Source of the DNA: Bacteroidota bacterium
Lineage (GTDB): Bacteria; Bacteroidota; Ignavibacteria; UBA10030
NCBI GenBank assembly: GCA_050013655.1
Contig: JBEKEV010000002.1
Span: 13,091 to 77,090 of the forward strand
DNA length: 64,000 bases
Direction: 5' to 3'
Positions 58,311 through 64,000 of this stretch are shown piece after piece. Under the pieces are notes generated by a model. That model did not search any database, had not been told where the DNA came from, and saw nothing but the letters and a program-made list of their open reading frames with translations. Both the position numbers and the translations under genes were made by a program. How positions within the stretch are numbered: position 1 is the stretch's first letter; every line of letters begins with the position of its first letter.

Positions 58311-58346
58311 ACAGAAAAGAAAAAAGGCAGCGTGCGAGGCTGCCTT
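58311..58346 (-). terminator. rho-independent terminator after rplI
   Basis: On the minus strand, ggcagc-ctcgcac-gctgcc is followed by ttttttcttttctgtttt. Confidence 0.75.
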
Positions 58347-58383
58347 TTCGGTGTTCTATAGGTATTCTTGTGAAACCATAAGA

Positions 58384-58827
58384 CTATTCTCTCACAATCC
58401 ATACCTTAATCTTGCCCATCACGCCACCAGCAAGTTTGACAGGTACATCGTAAATACCAAGAGCTTTGAGAGGTTCTTCCAATTCAATATGCCGTTTATC
58501 TAAAGTGATCTCTTTTTCCACAAGTGCGTCGGTGATCATCTGAGAAGTGACGGAACCAAAAAGCTTATCTTCCTCGCCAACTTTCATCTTGATGGTGATA
58601 GAAATCTTCTCAAGTTGTGCGGCAAGGGTCTCAGCCTGTTTATGTTCTTTATCAACGAAGTGAGATTGTTGTTTGCGTTCTTCTTCAAGTTGGCGCAAAC
58701 TGCCTTCTGTGGCTTCGTATGCAATGCCGCGAGGAATAAGATAATTGCGTGCATATCCGTCTTTCACAGAAACGACCTCGCTCATGCTGCCCAACTTATC
58801 TGAATTTTTTCTTAATATCACTTTCAT
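58384..58827 (-). CDS. rplI: 50S ribosomal protein L9
   Basis: MKVILRKNSDKLGSMSEVVSVKDGYARNYLIPRGIA. Confidence 0.95.
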   Translation of the reverse strand: MKVILRKNSDKLGSMSEVVSVKDGYARNYLIPRGIAYEATEGSLRQLEEERKQQSHFVDKEHKQAETLAAQLEKISITIKMKVGEEDKLFGSVTSQMITDALVEKEITLDKRHIELEEPLKALGIYDVPVKLAGGVMGKIKVWIVRE

Positions 58828-58868
58828 AATACATACTCCTTTTACACAAAAATCATGATGAGAATTGC

Positions 58869-59234
58869 TTAACTCACAGCGTCATTGACAAACGATAACA
58901 ATGCAAGATGCCGGGCACGTTTGATGGCGTTTACAAGTTGACGTTGATGGCGAGTGCAAGTGCCCGTGATTCGGCGAGGAATGATCTTTCCTTGCTCGGA
59001 CACGAAGCGTTGAAGACGTTTCTCGTTTTTATAGTCAATATAGACGTCCTTTGCGTCGCAGAATCTGCACGTTCGTTTCTTTCGCTGTAGTTGTTGTCGA
59101 TTTGTGGAACGCTGACCGTTCGGAGAAGCATCGCGTCGATATCCGCCGCGTTGTGGTCCTCCTCGTTGCGAACCTCCTTGCGATCCTCCCCGTTGAGGTC
59201 CACGTGAATTAGATGAACGCTGTGTCATAGCCAT
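58869..59234 (-). CDS. rpsR: 30S ribosomal protein S18 with an RGG-rich N-terminal extension
   Basis: Core [45 protein letters not shown]..., preceded by about 45 Arg/Gly/Gln-rich residues. Confidence 0.9.
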   Translation of the reverse strand: MAMTQRSSNSRGPQRGGSQGGSQRGGPQRGGYRRDASPNGQRSTNRQQLQRKKRTCRFCDAKDVYIDYKNEKRLQRFVSEQGKIIPRRITGTCTRHQRQLVNAIKRARHLALLSFVNDAVS

Positions 59235-59268
59235 AATGTATATCCTTCCTTATCTATCGTCGTGAGAA

Positions 59269-59712
59269 TCATACGTTGCTTTGGGTTGGGGCTTCTGGAA
59301 CCTGCGCGATGTCCTCGGTGAGAGCCACCAGAGGGGAAGCGCTTGTAGATGGAACAGCGGCAGGAGCCAATTGTTTCATGAGATCGCTTGCTGAGATGCG
59401 AGCCTGCAATGCCTTCTTATCCAACGCAATAATGAGAAATCGAATGATGTTCTCATCGAGTTGGAAATGGCGTTCAAGTCTTGCCACGATGTCACCGCTC
59501 GATGTGAACTCGCACAACACATAGAACCCATTGTTTTTCTTCTTAATAGGATACGCAAATCGCTTGCGCCCCCATTTTGCCAACTCCATAATTTCGCCGC
59601 CATGCTTGATGATGAGTTCCTTCACCTTGTCGATAACGGCGTCGATCTGTGGGTCATCGAGTCCGGCGTTCACAATGAACGTGGTCTCGTAGATCTTTTG
59701 CTTCTGTGACAT
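59269..59712 (-). CDS. rpsF: 30S ribosomal protein S6 (with C-terminal extension)
   Basis: YETTFIVNAGLDD...WGRKRFAYPIKK...GFYVL. Confidence 0.9.
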   Translation of the reverse strand: MSQKQKIYETTFIVNAGLDDPQIDAVIDKVKELIIKHGGEIMELAKWGRKRFAYPIKKKNNGFYVLCEFTSSGDIVARLERHFQLDENIIRFLIIALDKKALQARISASDLMKQLAPAAVPSTSASPLVALTEDIAQVPEAPTQSNV

Positions 59713-59813
59713 AGATATGTTCCCTTTGGACTTGTGATAATGATGACCCGCTCAGTCGGGAGATATGTTCCGACAAGAGGGCAGGGTTGTTTAATTACTT
59801 TCTTCACTTGATA

Positions 59814-60374
59814 TCAGTTCGTTGCCCGATCTCTATCATCTTTGATATACGATAGACAAGCGTCGCGTGCTCGTTCGACCATCAACTTCACGTTCGGAAG
59901 CTCGGATTCGGAAAACTGTTCGAGCACAAAATCCTTCATCTTGCTTTTTTCTGCAGGCATCATTGCAGATGCAATGCCGCAGCGAAGTCTGGCAAACTGA
60001 TCCGTCTGTAAATGATAAATGACAGACGATAATCCATTGTGTCCGCCATCGGTTCCATTCTGCCGCAGTCGAATTGTACCCAAGGGCAATTGGAAATCAT
60101 CGCACACCACGAGTAAACTATCCAACGGAATTTTCTGTTGTTCCAGAAATTCCTGAACAGCTATTCCACTGTTGTTCATGAAGGTTGCTGGTTTCAATAC
60201 TGCAACTTCTACGTTATTTAAAGAACAGTGCGCAAACCAGTAATCCCCTTTGCCAGGGCGAAACGAGACACCTGTTACGGCAGCAAACTCATCGACGACC
60301 AGGAAACCCACATTGTGGCGAGTCTGTGCATACTCACTTCCGTGATTTCCCAAACCAACGATGCAATACATCAA
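59814..60374 (-). CDS. pth: peptidyl-tRNA hydrolase
   Basis: IVGLGNHGSEYAQTRHNVGF and GGHNGLSS. Confidence 0.95.
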   Translation of the reverse strand: MMYCIVGLGNHGSEYAQTRHNVGFLVVDEFAAVTGVSFRPGKGDYWFAHCSLNNVEVAVLKPATFMNNSGIAVQEFLEQQKIPLDSLLVVCDDFQLPLGTIRLRQNGTDGGHNGLSSVIYHLQTDQFARLRCGIASAMMPAEKSKMKDFVLEQFSESELPNVKLMVERARDACLSYIKDDRDRATN

Positions 60375-60395
60375 ATCTCAAAGACGAATAGGAGA

Positions 60396-61124
60396 TTATT
60401 TCTTTTTCTCTTCAGGTTTCTTTTTCTCTTCAGGTTTCTTTTTCTCTTCGGGTTTCTTCTTCTCGTCCGCTACTTCAGCACCTTCTTCAGGCTTTTTACC
60501 CTTTGCTATAACTTCTGGCTCAGCGAGTGCTTCAGTCGTAGGTGCAGCAACAGCAGCCACTTCGGCTTCTTTCACCACTACAGGCGGAACAACAGCGACA
60601 ACCGTACTGGTCTCATTTTCCAGAATTTTCACATCTGGAATTTTCAGATCCTTCACGTGAACAGAACGATTAATCTCCAATTCTCCTACATTAATCTCTA
60701 TATGGTCCGGAATATTCTTTGGCAAGCACGAGACTTTCAGTTTATGTAAAACATGCTGCAGGATTCCGCCTTCACGGACGCCTTTCGGAATGCCGCCTGT
60801 CAACTTGACCGGCACTTCGACGGTCAGTGATTCGTTCTGATTCAAACCAAACAAATCAAAATGTACGGGCGACTCGGTCACCGGATCGAGTTGCACATCT
60901 CTCAAGACGCACATATGGGATGAACCATCATCCAACTTCAGATTGATGATATGCATTGCCGAAGTTGTGTATAACGGCTTGAGCGATATTTCCGACAATG
61001 ACACCGGAATATTTTGTTGTCCGTGTCCATAGTAGATTCCAGGCACTTTGCCGGTTCCACGAAGTGCACGTGAGCGTTTGCCGACATCCTTTCGGATTTC
61101 CGCGGTTATAGTTATTTCAGACAT
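60396..61124 (-). CDS. rplY: 50S ribosomal protein L25 / general stress protein Ctc with a KKKPEE-repeat tail
   Basis: N-terminal RKDVGKRSRALRGTGKVPGIYYG and a two-domain Ctc form. The C-terminus is ADEKKKPEEKKKPEEKKKPEEKKK. Confidence 0.9.
   Translation of the reverse strand: MSEITITAEIRKDVGKRSRALRGTGKVPGIYYGHGQQNIPVSLSEISLKPLYTTSAMHIINLKLDDGSSHMCVLRDVQLDPVTESPVHFDLFGLNQNESLTVEVPVKLTGGIPKGVREGGILQHVLHKLKVSCLPKNIPDHIEINVGELEINRSVHVKDLKIPDVKILENETSTVVAVVPPVVVKEAEVAAVAAPTTEALAEPEVIAKGKKPEEGAEVADEKKKPEEKKKPEEKKKPEEKKK
60399..60470. repeat. 18-nt tandem repeat (3 near-perfect units and 1 degenerate) encoding the KKKPEE tail
   Basis: tttctttttctcttcagg at 60399-60416 and 60417-60434, tttctttttctcttcggg at 60435-60452, and a degenerate fourth unit. 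Confidence 0.9.
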
Positions 61125-61138
61125 CGTGTATCTCCTCG

Positions 61139-62083
61139 TTAAGACTTATCTTTATCAACATCAAATAGTGAACTGATGGATTCATTCCGATGTGTTCGGA
61201 GAATCGCTTGAGCAAAGATGTTCGCCGTTGAGCGAACTTTGATCTTGGCACACTTTTGTTTCAATGGAAGTGTATCAGTAACAATGAGTTCCTTGACGAC
61301 TGATTCTTCGATCCGTTTATACGCTGTTCCGGACAATATAGGATGTGTACATGCACCGAAAATCTCTTTTGCTCCATTTTTTCTCAATGCTTGCGCAGCG
61401 TTGACGAACGTACCGCCTGTATCGATCAAATCGTCAACAATTAGAATATTTTTATTAGCAATATTACCTATGATATTCAATACCTCGGCTTCGTTTGCTT
61501 TCGGCCGCCGTTTATCGATCAGAATCAACTCGCAGCCAAGTCGTTTGGCGTAAGAACGCGCCATCTTAATGCTTCCAACATCAGGTGAAGCGACAGCAAG
61601 ATTGGAAGTATCCATCTTTGTAAAACACTCGATCAACACTGCAGACGAATATAAATGGTCCATTGGTATATCAAAGAATCCTTGAATCTGTGCTGTATGC
61701 AAATCCATTGTGATCACGCGATCAGCACCTGCCTTTGTGATCAAATTAGCAACAAGCTTTGCGCTGATCGAGACGCGCGGCTGGTCTTTTCGATCCTGAC
61801 GAGCATATCCAAAATACGGAATGACCGCCGTGACACGTTTTGCCGATGCTCGTTTTGCCGCATCCAGCATGATCAACAACTCCATCAAATTCTCCGCCGG
61901 CGGCTGAGTTGGTTGAATGATAAAGACATCATCACCGCGAATGTTTTCGATAAACTTGACCCAGAGTTCGCCATCGCTGAATGTCTGGAAGGCGACTTCT
62001 CCAAGCGGGATCTTTGCTTTAGAGCAAATTTGTTCCGCCAATGGGCGGTTTGATCGTCCCGAAAAAATCTTCAACTCGCTCAT
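61139..62083 (-). CDS. prs: ribose-phosphate pyrophosphokinase
   Basis: Start at ATG 62083 (MSELKIFSG). PYFGYARQDRK and the PRPP-binding ILIVDDLIDTGGT. Confidence 0.95.
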   Translation of the reverse strand: MSELKIFSGRSNRPLAEQICSKAKIPLGEVAFQTFSDGELWVKFIENIRGDDVFIIQPTQPPAENLMELLIMLDAAKRASAKRVTAVIPYFGYARQDRKDQPRVSISAKLVANLITKAGADRVITMDLHTAQIQGFFDIPMDHLYSSAVLIECFTKMDTSNLAVASPDVGSIKMARSYAKRLGCELILIDKRRPKANEAEVLNIIGNIANKNILIVDDLIDTGGTFVNAAQALRKNGAKEIFGACTHPILSGTAYKRIEESVVKELIVTDTLPLKQKCAKIKVRSTANIFAQAILRTHRNESISSLFDVDKDKS

Positions 62084-62167
62084 CAACTTCCTTTCGCTAG
62101 TACCCATCATTCCTTTCAATTAATAGAGTGCAACGATCCAGCACCATCTTGATGATGATGCTCATTG

Positions 62168-62239
<72 letters not shown>

Positions 62240-62499
62240 ATCATTCGGTTCTTCTGTCAATGACGCAGTGTCTGAGAATGTCCCAGCAAGCGTAGTACTC
62301 TATCTTAAAAAACAGAGACGAACTTCTATTCCATCGATGAGACTATCATAAAAAAACCAACTCCCATTGAGTTGGAATTAAAATATATTGAAAAAACGCT
62401 TGTAAGTCAAACAAGAAAAGAACACTGCAAAAGTTTGATTTTCTTGCCACATTTATCTAATTTGCCTTATAAATATTTTAAAAAACTGCAGAGACCCAT

Positions 62500-63072
62500 A
62501 TGCGCATAAAACGGAACAATACTACCATAAAAGAACTCAGCTTGCCGGACGAACGAACGAGTGTGCAAACCTTTTGGGTGATTACATTTTCTATCCTCAC
62601 AGCAATCGGTGCACAAATTGAGATACCGAATCAGCCAATTCCTTATACGTTACAGACATTTTTTGTTCTCTTGGCTGGTGCGCTTCTCGGAAAACGCAAC
62701 GGAGCGGCGAGCATGGGACTTTATTTGATCCTTGGTTCCATCGGTATGCCGGTCTTTTCTGGCGGTGCATTTGGGCTTTCAAGAATCCTGGGTCCAACAG
62801 GAGGATATCTGGTCTCATTTCCGATTGCAGCTTTTGTCGTCGGTTATCTTGCGAAGCTTCGCCGGGAATTCTGGTGGATGATAGTCTCTTTAGTTATTGG
62901 CTCTTTTATCATCTTTACCATCGGTACGATTCAATTGAATATCATCTATGTACATAACTGGATTCATTCTGTTCAGATGGGATTTCTCATCTTCTCATGG
63001 TGGGATGCCGTGAAAATTATTGGCGCGGCGACAATTGCGCACCATTATTTTCGAAAAGTGGATCAGCCATAG
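62500..63072 (+). CDS. bioY: biotin transporter BioY
   Basis: IPYTLQTFFVLLAGALLGKRNGAASMGLYLILGSIGMPVFSGG and GPTGGYLVSFP. Confidence 0.9.
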   Translation: MRIKRNNTTIKELSLPDERTSVQTFWVITFSILTAIGAQIEIPNQPIPYTLQTFFVLLAGALLGKRNGAASMGLYLILGSIGMPVFSGGAFGLSRILGPTGGYLVSFPIAAFVVGYLAKLRREFWWMIVSLVIGSFIIFTIGTIQLNIIYVHNWIHSVQMGFLIFSWWDAVKIIGAATIAHHYFRKVDQP

Positions 63073-63127
63073 AAAGCAAGAGAGATTAAGTCGGAAGCAA
63101 GACAGTTCTTAGAATAAGAGGTAGAGT

Positions 63128-64000
63128 ATGGATCGTAGAACTTTTTTTAAAAAAGGTTTAGGTGCATCTGTCGTTGTTGGTGCAGCACTTGCCGGTAAAT
63201 ACGAAAATCTTTTCGCTTCTCCGTATACGGCTAATGATCTTCCGTTTGACTTGGTTGCAGTTAAAGGTGGCGAACCGGATGTCATGCTGAAAAAGGGGAT
63301 GGAAGCTTTTGGCGGAATTGGAAAGTTTGTGAAAAAAGGGCAGAAAGTTGTCGTCAAGCCGAATATTGGCTGGGATGTCACTCCGGAGCGTGGCGGAAAT
63401 ACCAATCCAAAATTGGTGGCAGAAATTATTCGTCAATGCCGCACTGCAGGTGCAAGTGAAGTCTATGTGTTTGACCACACGTGCGATAATTGGCAGCGGT
63501 GCTATAAGAACAGCGGTATTGAATCGGCAGTCAAAGAGGCGGGTGGGAAAATTGCACCCGCGCATATGGAAGGATATTACCACGATATATCGATCCCCAA
63601 GGGCAAGAGTATTACAAGTGCCAAAGAGCACGAACTTCTCCTTAGTTCAGATGTTTTTATCAATGTCCCGATATTGAAAAATCATGGGGGAGCACGATTG
63701 ACCATCACGATGAAAAATATGATGGGAAATGTGTGGGATAGAGGAACATGGCATCGGAATGATCTGCATCAATGCATCGCAGATTATGCCACCTATCGGA
63801 AGCCGACATTGAATATTGTTGATGCCTATTATGTCATGAAGCAAAACGGTCCTCGCGGTGTTTCTGTGGAAGATGTTGTGACGATGAAATCGCTTCTCAT
63901 TTCTACGGATATGGTCGCGATCGACACTGCCTCTGCGAAACTTTTTGGCATAGATCCGGCTGATGTGCGATATATCCAGATAGCTGCAGATCAAAAAGTC
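63128..64000 (+). CDS. Tat-signal DUF362-domain protein (partial, runs off the window end)
   Basis: Not in the supplied ORF track because it has no stop. My own translation gives MDRRTFFKKGLGASVVVGAALAG (twin-arginine signal), then VVVKPNIGW...NTNPKLV...PILKNHGGARLT...MKNMMG, which is typical of DUF362. The frame is open to nt 64000. Confidence 0.7.
   Translation, partial: MDRRTFFKKGLGASVVVGAALAGKYENLFASPYTANDLPFDLVAVKGGEPDVMLKKGMEAFGGIGKFVKKGQKVVVKPNIGWDVTPERGGNTNPKLVAEIIRQCRTAGASEVYVFDHTCDNWQRCYKNSGIESAVKEAGGKIAPAHMEGYYHDISIPKGKSITSAKEHELLLSSDVFINVPILKNHGGARLTITMKNMMGNVWDRGTWHRNDLHQCIADYATYRKPTLNIVDAYYVMKQNGPRGVSVEDVVTMKSLLISTDMVAIDTASAKLFGIDPADVRYIQIAADQKV

Noticed and set aside
60399-60470. 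Possible CRISPR-like array, since it contains regularly repeated units.
   Set aside because: The units are contiguous 18-mers with no spacers and lie inside a CDS. No cas genes, and no repeat-spacer architecture, appear anywhere in the window.
60228-60749. Plus-strand ORFs with striking FLFLFRF / GFFFSS repeats opposite the L25 gene.
   Set aside because: They are the antisense translation of the 18-nt KKKPEE tandem repeat. L25/Ctc on the minus strand is clearly the real gene.

Overview
The window is a bacterial chromosomal segment with about 57 supported CDS, 3 tRNA genes, and no rRNA, CRISPR array, transposase or integrase. Gene content suggests an FCB-group organism of Ignavibacteria/Chlorobi type, but that is inference only. 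The supporting genes are a GWxTD protein, a DUF2723 membrane protein, pyruvoyl-dependent arginine decarboxylase, KorAB and a YgiQ radical SAM protein.

The backbone is housekeeping:
- archease-rtcB
- Fe-S carrier genes (mrp/apbC, nfu-like)
- ftsE-pdxA, gnd, ygiQ, tadA, prfA, a U32 peptidase, pdxB-dut and rsmI
- tyrS and smpB
- a lipoate and 2-oxoacid dehydrogenase operon (lpd-lipB-E1-E2-lipA)
- psd-pssA, purSQ, tatA, gatA, sucD, a NUDIX hydrolase, nrnA and korAB
- the rpsF-rpsR-rplI, pth, L25 and prs cluster, then bioY

Several visibly A+T-rich accessory insertions interrupt this backbone:
1. 12.1-15.8 kb, between ygiQ and tRNA-Arg(UCG). Three diverged copies of the ygiQ 3' end delimit small tandem gene cassettes.
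2. 21.5-22.2 kb, a membrane-protein gene next to tRNA-Arg(ACG).
3. 29.6-33.8 kb, a single-polypeptide Type IIG restriction-modification enzyme. It carries an in-frame palindromic insertion. It is followed by a beta-barrel gene flanked by REP-like palindromes.
4. 46.95-49.34 kb, an Mrr-like nuclease fused to a NACHT STAND NTPase plus a same-frame 140-aa ORF, wedged exactly between gatA and sucD. This is the best candidate for an uncharacterised defence module.
5. 51.5-54.1 kb, three minor-pilin-like (PilV/W/X-like) genes with no canonical prepilin leader.

All product calls rest on motifs read from the supplied translations. No database search was run.
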